A DNA stretch of 63,981 nucleotides, counting the filler, from an uncultured bacterium (GTDB lineage Bacteria; CAYJOG01), in the NCBI GenBank assembly GCA_964371695.1. It is 19 parts of 19 records of this genome, joined end to end, with 100 filler letters (N's around TTAATTAATTAA, not from the genome) between each part and the next. Parts side by side here need not be neighbours in the genome. Positions count along the whole stretch, not along the records: positions 20,955 to 24,315 come from CAYJOG010000391.1; positions 24,416 to 27,761 come from CAYJOG010000392.1; positions 27,862 to 31,196 come from CAYJOG010000393.1; 16 more parts are not named here. The stretch is one strand, 5' to 3'. The translations under genes were made by a program, and so were the position numbers. Every line of letters starts with the position of its first letter. The first letter of the stretch is position 1. The notes under the pieces are model-generated. The model made no database searches. It had not been told where the DNA came from and saw nothing but the letters and a program-made list of their open reading frames with translations. Positions 20,855 to 30,271 of this stretch are shown here, piece after piece.

Positions 20855-20954
20855 NNNNNNNNNNNNNNNNNNNNNNNNNNNNNNNNNNNNNNNNNNNNTT
20901 AATTAATTAANNNNNNNNNNNNNNNNNNNNNNNNNNNNNNNNNNNNNNNNNNNN

Positions 20955-22006
20955 ACGGCAACATGCTGCTCGAAGAAGGCGTGGTGCTGGGCAACGAGCA
21001 GTTGCAGAAGCTGATCATCTGGGACGTGGACGAGGTGTGGGTGCGCGGCTTTGTCGAGGTGGATCACGCCCGTGTGGAGCGCGAAGAGCAGGAACTGCGC
21101 AAGGGGTTCATCCGCACCCACGAGCGGGCGGTGAAATCTCTCACCGAGGTTCTCTCGAAAATGCGCTCTGGCCAGTTGAGCGACGGCAAACCGCTGGACG
21201 AACACCTGCACGATATTTTTGACCGCCTGACGCTGGACCGGAACCTGATGTTGAACATGACGCTGCTGAGCAACGTGGACAACTTCATGTTCAGCCATTG
21301 CGTGAACGTGGCGGTGCTGAGCATGGTGTGCGGCGAGCATTTGGGATACAGCGAAGACGAGCAGCTTTTGCTGGGCAAGGCGGGTTTCATGCACGACGTG
21401 GGCATGGTGCTGATTCCCCGCGAGGCGTGGATGCACGACCGCCTGCTGAACGAAGAGGAACGGGTCAAAGTGCGCGAACACACCGAGGTCGGCTACAGGG
21501 CCGCCCAGGACGCGGGCTTGCCCGCTGAGGTGGTGAACGTGGTGCGCAACCACCACGAACTGGCCGACGGCAGTGGTTATCCCAGGGGGCTCAAGGGCGA
21601 TGAAATAGACGAATTCAGCCGCATCGTGGCCCTGGCGAACGTGTATGAAGGCCTCACCGGTGTGCGGCCCTATCGCAAGGAGAATTACATTCCCGCAGTG
21701 GCCTGGCGCACCATCCTCACCCGCATGAAAAACGCCTTTGACATGACGGTGCTGCGGGCCTTCATGGGCCAGATGGCCATATACCCCATCGGCAGTTCGG
21801 TGCGGTTATCCACCGGCGAGGCGGGTGTGGTGGTGGGCACCAACATCAACAAACCCTTCCGCCCCATCGTCAAGATCATGTTCGACGCCCAGGCCGAACG
21901 CCTGAATCCCCCTCAGCGCCTGGACCTGGCCGACGAACGCCACTGGAAAACCCACATCACCGAGCCGATTCCCGACAACCTCATCACCGAAGCGCTGGGG
22001 CTGTAG
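20955..22006 (+). CDS. HD-GYP c-di-GMP phosphodiesterase (5' end at spacer)
   Basis: HCVNVA, HDVG, HHE..DGSGYP.GL and RPYR motifs plus YPIGS.V.LSTGE C-terminal domain. Confidence 0.92.
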
Positions 22007-22052
22007 GGGCCTTGGGTAAATCCAACCACGGGCGCGAAAACCTGGGTTTTTC

Positions 22053-22120
22053 ACCTCTCCCCTTTAATGGGGAGAGGTCGCCGCGAAGCGCCCGCAGGGT
22101 GATTTGCGGCGGGTGAGGGG
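22053..22120. repeat. Repeat family A unit
   Basis: CCTCTCCCCTTTAATGGGGAGAGG-hairpin-GGGTGAGGGG between convergent genes. Confidence 0.8.
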
Positions 22121-22211
22121 TTCAAACATGAAAAATCCAAAAAACAATGGTTTTTTGCTTTTTTATTACCCCACAGGTGTCGCGCTTAGTCCTGATTGTT
22201 CATGAAATTGC

Positions 22212-23330
22212 CTACAACACCTGTCCCGCCACATGCCGCCAGAAAACCGGCTGGTTGGCCAGACCCGGAATGATGTCGCACTCCACCCAGCAGCCGGGGC
22301 AGGCCATCACCTCGCGCCGGGCGGTGGCGGCCTGGGGGCTGTGCCAGATCTGCGCCAGCGTGTGGGTCTTGAGGTTGCCCAGCAGCAGGTGGTTTTTGAG
22401 CGAGCAGGGGGTGATGTCGCCCTCTGGCGAGAGGCGCAGATAGGTGAAGGCCGCCATGCAGTTCAGACGGGGCGGGGGGGTGCCCGCCAGCAACTGGCGT
22501 TTCTCCTGCTGGTGCATGAACGACTGTGTGGCGTTGCGCAGCCGGGCGCTGAAGCCCCCCTCTGCCGCCAGCCCCAGGTTGCCGGGGGCGTGGGTGCGCA
22601 GGTCGGCGTAAAGCGCTTCCACCTCGGCTTTGCCAATGGGTGTGCGCAGCACAAAGGGGCTGCCGGTATTCAGGGGCCGCTCGCGGGTTTCGTGGTCTTC
22701 CTGGGCGAGGATCACCGTGTGCTGCGCCCCCAGGCGGTGGGCCACCTCGGCCACGCCGGCCACGGACTGGAGGTTTTTGGGCGTGATGGTCTGGTTCAGC
22801 CCCAGGGACAGATGGGGATGATGCCGGGCGAAATCCCGCACCAGTTCGGCGGCGGCGAGTGTGCGGGGCAGGGTGCCCTTTTTCTGGCGGATTTCGTCGT
22901 GCAGTTCATCGGCGGCGTCCAGGCTGATCTGCACGGTCACGTCACCCTCAAAGGGCGCGGCGATTTCCTTCAGCCAGGTTTCCAGCCTGTCCGCAAAGGT
23001 GCCGTTGGTGGTGAGGTAGAGCAGTCGGGGCCTAGCCCCGCTCAGCACGGCGCGGCAGAGTTCGGTGAAGTCCTGACGCAGAAACGGCTCGCCCCCGGTG
23101 AACCGCAGCAGGTGCAGTTGCTCAAAGCCGCCTGCGCCAAAAAAAACTGCGGCTTCTTCGGGCGTCACCTCGCCGGTGGTTTCGCCCTCGTGGGTGTAGC
23201 ACATCTCGCAGAAAAGATTGCAGCGCCGCGTGACCTTGAACACCAGCGACCGCACGGGGCTGGGGCGGCCCAGGGCGCGGCGCATGGTGTCGAGCGCCAC
23301 GTGGCTGGCCATGGTCAGAGTGCCGTTCAC
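22212..23330 (-). CDS. Radical SAM protein with SPASM/twitch domain
   Basis: CNLFCEMC, TGGEPFLR and TTNG motifs; C-terminal C...G.ITPC...CPGCWVEC. Confidence 0.92.
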   Translation of the reverse strand: MNGTLTMASHVALDTMRRALGRPSPVRSLVFKVTRRCNLFCEMCYTHEGETTGEVTPEEAAVFFGAGGFEQLHLLRFTGGEPFLRQDFTELCRAVLSGARPRLLYLTTNGTFADRLETWLKEIAAPFEGDVTVQISLDAADELHDEIRQKKGTLPRTLAAAELVRDFARHHPHLSLGLNQTITPKNLQSVAGVAEVAHRLGAQHTVILAQEDHETRERPLNTGSPFVLRTPIGKAEVEALYADLRTHAPGNLGLAAEGGFSARLRNATQSFMHQQEKRQLLAGTPPPRLNCMAAFTYLRLSPEGDITPCSLKNHLLLGNLKTHTLAQIWHSPQAATARREVMACPGCWVECDIIPGLANQPVFWRHVAGQVL

Positions 23331-24052
23331 CCCTTCAATTCTCGCCGAATCTGCTTCATTTCCCGCGAAACCTGCAACAAATTGCGGGGGCGCAGGCTGT
23401 GGCTGCGGCCCGAAATGCGCGGATAACTGGGAATCCCCACTTCTTTCACCCGCCCCCCGGCCCTCAGCAGTCGCAACACCACCTCGGCGTCAATAAACGG
23501 GCTTTCGCTGATGAAATCAAGCCCCGCCAGCTTGCTGCGGCGGAACAATTTGAGCGAGCAGGAGATGTCGTGGAAGGGCGTCTTGAACATCAGGCGCACG
23601 CGGAAGTTATACCAACGGCTGAGCAACGTGCGCAGGGGGCCGTTGGGGAAGGTGACCCGCCGGGTGATGACGGCGTCGAGGTTTTCGCTGAGCAGCAGCG
23701 GCACAAGGGTGTTCAGGTCCCGCACGTCAAACTGGTCGTCGCCGTCGCAAAACGCCACCAGTTCAAACCGGCTCGCCAGCCGCAGGCCGTCGCGGATGGT
23801 GAGGCCATAACCCAGGTTGCGCTCGTGCCGCAGGGTGTGGATTTTGGGGTTGGCGGCCATGAGGGCGGCGATGACTTCGTGGGCGTTGTCGGGGCTGGCG
23901 TCGTTGATGAGCCAGATTTCGTAATCGGGGCATTTGTCTTCAAACAGGGCCACGGCCTTTTCCACCACGTGGCCAATGGTGGCGGCGTCGTCATAAACCG
24001 GCGCAAAAAAACTCACGGCGGGCCAGGGATGGAAAGGGAGTGAATCGCTCAC
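23327..24052 (-). CDS. Glycosyltransferase family 2 (DPM1/ArnC-like)
   Basis: APVYDD, INDASPD, NLGYG, DGDDQFD and DISCSLKLFRR motifs; GTG start at 24052; overlaps the rSAM start. Confidence 0.88.
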   Translation of the reverse strand: MSDSLPFHPWPAVSFFAPVYDDAATIGHVVEKAVALFEDKCPDYEIWLINDASPDNAHEVIAALMAANPKIHTLRHERNLGYGLTIRDGLRLASRFELVAFCDGDDQFDVRDLNTLVPLLLSENLDAVITRRVTFPNGPLRTLLSRWYNFRVRLMFKTPFHDISCSLKLFRRSKLAGLDFISESPFIDAEVVLRLLRAGGRVKEVGIPSYPRISGRSHSLRPRNLLQVSREMKQIRRELKG

Positions 24053-24115
24053 GGTGCGGGCCGGGTGGATTGTAGCGGCAAAAAATGGCGGCTTTGGGGG
24101 TGGTACAATTTCCGC

Positions 24116-24315
24116 GTGAACGCCCTGCACATCGCCCACCTGATGATCGTGACCATGTGGGGCGGCGTGGTGCTGGCCGAGACAGTGGTGGAACTGGCCG
24201 CAAAAGACGAAGCCGGCCAGCGCGCCGCCGCCCGCATCCACTACCTCATAGACCTGTTTGTAGAAATCCCGCTGCTGGCGGGGGTGCTGATTACGGGGGG
24301 CTGGCTGATGTCGCA
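24116..24315 (+). CDS. Small membrane protein (3' partial)
   Basis: Two hydrophobic helices HLMIVTMWGGVVLAE and DLFVEIPLLAGVLITG. Confidence 0.6.
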
Positions 24316-24549
24316 NNNNNNNNNNNNNNNNNNNNNNNNNNNNNNNNNNNNNNNNNNNNTTAATTAATTAANNNNNNNNNNNNNNNNNNNNNNNNNNNNN
24401 NNNNNNNNNNNNNNNGACGAGGCGGGCAAAGCCCGCCGTGGTGGTCCAACCTGTGGGAACCGCAGGGTTGAAAGCCAATCCGAAATTTCCGTAGTAGCCA
24501 CGGGCGCATCGTCTGTGGCGGCCAACATTTACAAAAAGCGAACATCGTT

Positions 24550-24696
24550 CCCTCCCCCCTCTGGGGGGAGGGTGGCCGCAGGCCGGGTGAGGGGCAAAAC
24601 ATAGACAAAAATCCAGAAAAGAATTTGGTTTTTTATTTTTGAATACACCCCTCACCCGGCGCTACGCGCCACCCTCTCCCCGTAAAGGGGAGAGGG
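24550..24696. repeat. Inverted pair of family A units
   Basis: Same arrangement and similar AT-rich spacer (AAAATCCA.AAAAGAATTTGG) as 27908-28059. Confidence 0.85.
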
Positions 24697-24817
24697 AACG
24701 GAGGGTGCTTTTTCTTCTGCGCGCAGCGCCAAACCTGGGGTGTCCGAGGGGATGAATCCCCTCGGTGGGGGGTTTGGGGGGCAACGCCCCCCAAAAGACA
24801 ACTGTCATAAAACGCAA

Positions 24818-24846
24818 TAAAAAACCCCGACTCACGCCGGGGCTTT
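24818..24846 (-). terminator. Intrinsic terminator after rpoA
   Basis: Minus strand AAAGCCCCGGCGTGAGTCGGGGTTTTTT (GC stem plus U-tract), about 25 nt past the rpoA stop. Confidence 0.7.
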
Positions 24847-24871
24847 GGATAAACCGAGTGATTCAGACGGT

Positions 24872-25846
24872 TCAGGCGAACTCGTCTTCTTTCAGCGACA
24901 GACCCATTTTCTGGATTTTTTCCTTGATCTCCAGAAGGGATTTTTCGCCGAAGTTCTTGAGGTTCATGAGGTCTTCTTCGCTGCGGGCCATGATTTCGCC
25001 CACGGTGCGGATACCTTCGCGGCGCAGGCAGTTGAGCGCCCGCTGGCCCAGGTTGAGGTCTTCGATGCTGAGCTTGAGCAGGGCTTCTTTCTCTTGAGCG
25101 ACCTCTTGTTCGCGCTGGCGTTGCAGCAACATGCGCTGTTCGAAATCCACAAACAGACCAGCGTGGTCGCGCAGGATTTTGGCGGCTTCGCTGATGGCTT
25201 CTTCGGGAGTGGCGCAGCCGTTGGTGCGCACTTCCATGAAAAGTTTGTCGTAGTCGCTGCGGTCTTTCACGCGGGTTTCTTCAACCCAGAAGCGCACGTG
25301 CTTGACGGGTGAAAAGTCCACGTCCAGAAAAATCATGCCTTCTTCTTCGTTGACCCAGCCCTTGTGGTCTTCTTCAAGATGGCGATGCACCTGCTCCACC
25401 GTCAGGTAGCCCTTGTACATCACCACGCCCACTTCCAGTTCCAGCTCGCCCTTGGGGTCCACGATGGTAGCGATGTGATGATCGGGGTCGAGAATCTTGA
25501 TGTCGGGGTGCGCATCGAAATCGCCAGCCTTCACCTCACCCTTGCCTTTTTTGCGCAGCTTGAGGGGGTCAGGGTTCACCACCGTGGTGCGGATGGGCAT
25601 CTCGCGCAGGTTCAGCAGCATGGGCATGGTGTCTTCTTTGACAGAAGGCAGGTTGCTGAACTCGTGCAGCACGCCGCCCACTTTCACATAGAAGATGCCC
25701 GCGCCGCTGATGACGCTGAGCATGATGCGCCGCAGGCTGTTCCCCAGCGTCAGGCCAAAGCCCCGCTCCAGGGGCTCCACGCAAAACAGGCCACGGTTGC
25801 CCACCATTTCCACTTTCTGAATCTTTGGTTCCACCAGCTTGATCAT
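24872..25846 (-). CDS. rpoA: RNA polymerase subunit alpha
   Basis: EPLERGFG.TLGNSLRR, VLHEFS, FSPV and NFGEKSL motifs. Confidence 0.98.
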   Translation of the reverse strand: MIKLVEPKIQKVEMVGNRGLFCVEPLERGFGLTLGNSLRRIMLSVISGAGIFYVKVGGVLHEFSNLPSVKEDTMPMLLNLREMPIRTTVVNPDPLKLRKKGKGEVKAGDFDAHPDIKILDPDHHIATIVDPKGELELEVGVVMYKGYLTVEQVHRHLEEDHKGWVNEEEGMIFLDVDFSPVKHVRFWVEETRVKDRSDYDKLFMEVRTNGCATPEEAISEAAKILRDHAGLFVDFEQRMLLQRQREQEVAQEKEALLKLSIEDLNLGQRALNCLRREGIRTVGEIMARSEEDLMNLKNFGEKSLLEIKEKIQKMGLSLKEDEFA

Positions 25847-25866
25847 GTGTGTCTCTCCTAAGTGAA

Positions 25867-26475
25867 TTACCGGCTGTAATACTCGACGATAAGGCGTTCC
25901 TGCACTTCAAGGTCAAGGTCGCTGCGTTCGGGCAGGCGCACCACGGAACCCTTCAGGTTCTGGGGGTCCACTTTCACCCAGCTGGGATATCCCTCCTGGG
26001 CGGCGGCCTGGCTGGCCTGCACAATCACGGCGGGGGGTTTGTTTTCTTTGCCCGGCTTGATAGTGATTTCGTCTCCGGGTTTGATCAGGTAACTGGGAAT
26101 GTTCACCTTTTTGCCGTTGACGAGGAAATGGTTGTGCCCCACCAGTTGGCGGGCCTGCTGGCGGCTGGCCGCAAAACCCATGCGGAACACGGTGTTGTCC
26201 AGGCGGCGCTCCAGCAGTTGCACCAGAATTTCGCCGGTCACGCCCAGCAGGCGGTCGGCCTCCTGGTAATAGTTGCGAAACTGCCGCTCGAGCACACCGT
26301 AATACCGTTTCAGCTTTTGCTTTTCGCGCAGCTGCACCTGATATTCGCTGGCTTTGCGCATGCGCTTGCCGTGTTGGCCGGGGGCGGTCTTGCGCCGCTC
26401 AAGGTTTACCTTGGGGTGCAGCGCCACGCCTTCTCGGCGGGATTGTTTAACGATTGGTCCTGTATATCTTGCCAC
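25867..26475 (-). CDS. rpsD: 30S ribosomal protein S4
   Basis: MARYTGP, QLREKQK, LERRLDN and IVEYYSR motifs. Confidence 0.98.
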   Translation of the reverse strand: MARYTGPIVKQSRREGVALHPKVNLERRKTAPGQHGKRMRKASEYQVQLREKQKLKRYYGVLERQFRNYYQEADRLLGVTGEILVQLLERRLDNTVFRMGFAASRQQARQLVGHNHFLVNGKKVNIPSYLIKPGDEITIKPGKENKPPAVIVQASQAAAQEGYPSWVKVDPQNLKGSVVRLPERSDLDLEVQERLIVEYYSR

Positions 26476-26481
26476 TGGAAA

Positions 26482-26871
26482 TTACACCCTCCTGCGCTTT
26501 TTGGGACGGCACCCGTTGTGAGGCGTGGGTGTTACGTCGCGAATGGTATTGATGTCAAAACCCAAACTGCCCAGGGTGCGCACGGCCCCCTCGCGGCCCG
26601 AGCCGGGGCCTTTCACCACAATGTCAAGCTGGCGCACGCCGTGCTCCAGCGCCGCCTGGCCCGCCCGCTCGGCGGCCATCTGCGCGGCATAGGGCATGCC
26701 CTTGCGGTTTCCCTTGAAACCCACCGATCCAGCACTGGCCCACACCAGTGTGTTGCCGGTGGGGTCGGTGATGGTGACGATGGTGTTGTTGAAAGTGCTC
26801 TTGACGTGCGCCACGGCAGTGGGCACGTTCTTTTTGACTTTCTTTTTCTTTTTGACTTCTTTTTTCGCCAT
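26482..26871 (-). CDS. rpsK: 30S ribosomal protein S11
   Basis: [16 protein letters not shown] and [12 protein letters not shown] motifs. Confidence 0.98.
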   Translation of the reverse strand: MAKKEVKKKKKVKKNVPTAVAHVKSTFNNTIVTITDPTGNTLVWASAGSVGFKGNRKGMPYAAQMAAERAGQAALEHGVRQLDIVVKGPGSGREGAVRTLGSLGFDINTIRDVTPTPHNGCRPKKRRRV

Positions 26872-26925
26872 GAGGGGAACCTTTCCGCGGTGGCCCGATG
26901 TTGCCGCGCCCGTGTGTGATCTGCC

Positions 26926-27309
26926 TTATTTTTTCGTCGCTTTTTTGTTGAGACCGCCCACCGCGCCCTTTTTGGGGCCTTTGCGGGTGCGGGCGTTGGT
27001 GTGGGTGCGCTGACCGCGTGAGGGCAAACCCAGCCGGTGGCGCATGCCCCGGTAACTGCCCACTTCACCCAGTCGCTTGATGTTCATCATCACGTCTTTT
27101 TTCAGGTCGCCTTCCACCTTGATCTGGGTGATGAGGCCGCGCACCTTGGCCATTTCCTCGTCGGTCATGTCCTTCACGCGCTTGAGGGGGTCCAGGCCCG
27201 CCTGTTTCACGATGTTCCTGGCAGTGGTGTCCCCAATGCCATAAATGTAGGTGAGGGAAATCACCACACGTTTGTTGTCTGGAATATCAACACCGGCGAT
27301 ACGGGCCAT
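26926..27309 (-). CDS. rpsM: 30S ribosomal protein S13
   Basis: [10 protein letters not shown] ... [14 protein letters not shown]; true start 27309 (ORF track over-extends). Confidence 0.98.
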   Translation of the reverse strand: MARIAGVDIPDNKRVVISLTYIYGIGDTTARNIVKQAGLDPLKRVKDMTDEEMAKVRGLITQIKVEGDLKKDVMMNIKRLGEVGSYRGMRHRLGLPSRGQRTHTNARTRKGPKKGAVGGLNKKATKK

Positions 27310-27335
27310 TGGTTTTCTCCTTTTGGGTTGGGCGC

Positions 27336-27449
27336 TCAGCCCTGGCGCTGGTTGTGCTTGCGCGCCTCGCAGATGATCCGCACAACACCCTTGCGGCGGA
27401 CAACCTTGCATTTGGGACAGATGGGTTTGACGCTGGCGCGGACTTTCAT
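27336..27449 (-). CDS. rpmJ: 50S ribosomal protein L36 (Zn-binding type)
   Basis: Manual translation [37 protein letters not shown]. Confidence 0.97.
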   Translation of the reverse strand: MKVRASVKPICPKCKVVRRKGVVRIICEARKHNQRQG

Positions 27450-27469
27450 GGCTGACTCCTGGATTCTTT

Positions 27470-27691
27470 TTATTTCTGATAGCGGTAGGTGATGCGTCCC
27501 CTTTTGAGGTCATAGGGGCTGAGTTCGATTTTTACTTTGTCTCCCATGAGAATGCGGATGTTGTGCTTGCGGATTTTGCCCGAAACGTGGGCCAGAACTT
27601 CCATACCGTTTTCCAGCTTTACCTTGAACATGGCGTTGGGCAAAGGATCCACAACCACTCCATCTACACTAATAGCATCTTCATTGCTCAC
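27470..27691 (-). CDS. infA: Translation initiation factor IF-1
   Basis: [13 protein letters not shown] and ELSPYDL..GRITYR motifs. Confidence 0.98.
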   Translation of the reverse strand: MSNEDAISVDGVVVDPLPNAMFKVKLENGMEVLAHVSGKIRKHNIRILMGDKVKIELSPYDLKRGRITYRYQK

Positions 27692-27693
27692 GC

Positions 27694-27761
27694 TCAGGCC
27701 ACTGCTTCCTTACCCTCTGGGAGGGTCAAAATTTCCGGCTCCCCTTCGCGCACCACAATAG
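27694..27761 (-). CDS. map: Methionine aminopeptidase, C-terminal fragment
   Basis: [12 protein letters not shown] tail; conserved map-infA adjacency. Confidence 0.7.
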
Positions 27762-27907
27762 NNNNNNNNNNNNNNNNNNNNNNNNNNNNNNNNNNNNNNN
27801 NNNNNTTAATTAATTAANNNNNNNNNNNNNNNNNNNNNNNNNNNNNNNNNNNNNNNNNNNNGGGCGCAGGCGTCCTCGCCTGCGTAAAAAGAAAAAACCA
27901 CCCTATT

Positions 27908-28059
27908 CCCCTCTCCCCTTTACGGGGAGAGGGTGGCCGAAGGCCGGGTGAGGGGTTAGACATCGGCAAAAAATCCAAAAAAGAATTTGGCTTTTTGTTT
28001 TTTGCTTAACCCCTCACCCGATGCTTCACATCACCCTCTCCCCGTAAAGGGGAGAGGGG
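27908..28059. repeat. Inverted pair of family A units
   Basis: CCCTCTCCCCTTTACGGGGAGAGGG...GGGTGAGGGG and CCCCTCACCC...CCCTCTCCCCGTAAAGGGGAGAGGG. Confidence 0.88.
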
Positions 28060-28140
28060 ACGATGGTTGCTTTTTGACAAAAGTCCGCAGCCATGGCCGT
28101 CCCGTCTGTGGCCTTGCCGCTTCTACCCAATCCTTCACTC

Positions 28141-28695
28141 TCACTTCCACTTGATGTTGCAGCCCATGCTGGGAATCTGCTTTTCGCTCACCGGCTGGCC
28201 CGACAACACCGCCTCCAGCGCGGCCCGGATGTCCCGGCCATCGTTGGGTTCCTGATTGCCCGGCGTGGCCCCGTCCATGCGGCCCCGATAAACACACCCC
28301 AGCGCCCTGTCGAACACATAAAAATCCGGCGTGCAGGCGGCCTGATAGGCCCGCGCCACGTCCTGGCTTTCGTCGTAGAGATAGGGAAACGGATAACCCA
28401 GCGCCTGGGCGGATTTTTTCATTTCCGCCGGTGAATCCTGGGGGTAATTTTCCACGTCGTTGCTGCTGATGGCGACAAAAGCCACGCCCCGCGCCTGATA
28501 ATCCCGCGCCAGTTGCACCAGGCCGGTGTTGATGTGTTTGACATAAGGACAGTGGTTGCAGATGAACAGGATCACCGTGGCTTTGTCTGACTTCAGTTCG
28601 GCCAGCGAAAGGGTTTTTCCGCTCACGGTGTCGGGCAGGGCAAAGTCTGGGGCGGTGACGCCCAGGGGCAACATGTTTGAGGGTGTGAGGGCCAT
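28141..28695 (-). CDS. Thioredoxin-family (AhpC/TSA, PRX-like) protein
   Basis: FICNHCPYV, ACTPDFY and SMGCNIKWK motifs. Confidence 0.92.
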   Translation of the reverse strand: MALTPSNMLPLGVTAPDFALPDTVSGKTLSLAELKSDKATVILFICNHCPYVKHINTGLVQLARDYQARGVAFVAISSNDVENYPQDSPAEMKKSAQALGYPFPYLYDESQDVARAYQAACTPDFYVFDRALGCVYRGRMDGATPGNQEPNDGRDIRAALEAVLSGQPVSEKQIPSMGCNIKWK

Positions 28696-28744
28696 GATCA
28701 GCTCCTTTGATTTTTATCTATCTTCTGCCCGCGACAGCCTTTCA

Positions 28745-29188
28745 TCAACGGGTGCTCAAACCCTCCAGGCCCGCCGGGCGCGGCTGGCCCCATTCGTCGA
28801 GGGGCACAAATCCCACCTTGGCCCCGCTGCCCAGGCGGTCAAAACATCGGCGGTTCAAATCCTTGCCTTCGCGGACCTGACCCATGAGAAAGGGATACTC
28901 ATCCGGGCAGGCGAACTGGTCGTGAGACACCATCTTGCCCCCCATCACCGAGCAAGCCTGTTCGTTGGCCTCCAGTGCTTCTCCCCTTTTTTCGCACCGG
29001 CGCACGGGCTGGCCCCGCTGGGCGGCCACACTTTTGAGCGACACCGCGAAATAGGGATAAAGCGTCATGCCCAGGGGAATCGCCCCCACCATCACCATGG
29101 GGAACACATAAATCATCAGTTGCAGCAACACATTACGGCGCTCGGTGGCCTCGTTGCGGGGGGGCGGCGTGGGGGGGGCGTTGTTCAA
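28745..29188 (-). CDS. Hypothetical membrane-anchored protein with four Cys
   Basis: One TM segment then a Cys-containing domain; no family recognised. Confidence 0.5.
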   Translation of the reverse strand: MNNAPPTPPPRNEATERRNVLLQLMIYVFPMVMVGAIPLGMTLYPYFAVSLKSVAAQRGQPVRRCEKRGEALEANEQACSVMGGKMVSHDQFACPDEYPFLMGQVREGKDLNRRCFDRLGSGAKVGFVPLDEWGQPRPAGLEGLSTR

Positions 29189-29203
29189 GGCGAGACAGTA
29201 TAA

Positions 29204-29367
29204 GAGCCCCTAACAAAACTCCCTCCCTGGAGTTTTGTTAGCGCCGAACCGGGAAATGAATTCCCGGTTCGAGCGCGAAAACCTGCGGGTCTGTGACCCT
29301 CCGGTTTTCGAGGCGGGCCATCCAGGCCCGCAAGAACCCCTGACAAAATTGATTTTGTCAGGGGTTC
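29204..29367. mobile_element. MITE-like element 1
   Basis: Terminal inverted repeats GAGCCCCTAACAAAA / TTTTGTCAGGGGTTC, flanked by TAA on both sides; five internal hairpins. Confidence 0.65.
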
Positions 29368-29494
29368 TAAAACAACACCTGGGCAGGACGTTTGTCGCAT
29401 AATTATTTACAGTTAAACGATTTTTATGCCGACCGTAGTTTTATGAATGTTTGTTGTTGCGAATGTTTTTTCATTGAAGTATTATTCGCCCGCC

Positions 29495-30049
29495 ATGGCC
29501 GAGCCATTAACCGAACGACAACGGCAGGTGTTCGACGCCATCCGCCGATTCATGACCGAGCACCGGGTGCCGCCCACTGTGCGGCAAATCGGTGAACTGG
29601 TGGGGCTGCGCTCCACAGCCAGTGTGCAGCGTGTGTTGGACGTGTTGGCCGTGAAGGGCTGGATCACCCGCCAAAAGGGCGCTTACCGCACACTCAACCC
29701 CATGTCCGCCGAAGAAGAAGGCGTGTTGCAGCCCTGCATTCCCCTGGCGGGCAACGTGGCGGCGGGCCTGCCCCGCGAGGCGGTGGAGGAGCTTTCCACC
29801 ACGGCAGTGAGTTTTCCGGGCACCCGTTGCCTACAAGTCACGGGCAACGCCTTTTTTGAATACGAAATCCTGTCTGGCGACCGCCTGCATGTGGAACCCC
29901 TCGCCCACGGCCAGACCCCCCCCACCCGTGGTCAGGTGCTGTGCCGCAAAAACGAGGCTTATCACCTTGTGGCGGCGCAAAAACTGGGCGAGCAGCCCTG
30001 GGACTTTGTATTTGGCCGCTTGGTGGCCGTCACGCGGCCCCTGCATTAA
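29495..30049 (+). CDS. lexA: LexA-like repressor with degenerate peptidase domain
   Basis: LTERQRQV...PPTVRQIG...S..SV...L..KG.I winged-HTH and IPLAG.VAAG.P cleavage loop; GDSM motif replaced by GNAF. Confidence 0.85.
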   Translation: MAEPLTERQRQVFDAIRRFMTEHRVPPTVRQIGELVGLRSTASVQRVLDVLAVKGWITRQKGAYRTLNPMSAEEEGVLQPCIPLAGNVAAGLPREAVEELSTTAVSFPGTRCLQVTGNAFFEYEILSGDRLHVEPLAHGQTPPTRGQVLCRKNEAYHLVAAQKLGEQPWDFVFGRLVAVTRPLH

Positions 30050-30058
30050 TTTGCTGAT

Positions 30059-30242
30059 GAACCTGTTTATAAAGTCCGTCCTGGACTTTATAAACTTACC
30101 GCCAGCGGGGGCAAAGCCCCCTTGGCGGGCAAAAACCTCAGCGTTTTTCAACACTTCGGTTTTTGGGGCGGGCCATCCATGGCCCGCAAGAGCCTGTTTC
30201 TATTACACCCTGTATCACATGGCGTAATTTGGAAACAGGCTC
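30059..30242. mobile_element. MITE-like element 2
   Basis: Terminal inverted repeats GAACCTGTTT / AAACAGGCTC, flanked by TGAT on both sides; same hairpin order as element 1. Confidence 0.65.
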
Positions 30243-30271
30243 TGATAAAATACCCGGCGGGTTAAACCGCC

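Noticed and set aside
24416-24520. Circularly permuted ribozyme shared with 61715-61850
   Set aside because: The apparently permuted AGGGTTGAA and GCATCGT segments are short and are explained by local hairpins and a neighbouring GTAG REP. No hammerhead, twister or pistol core was seen.
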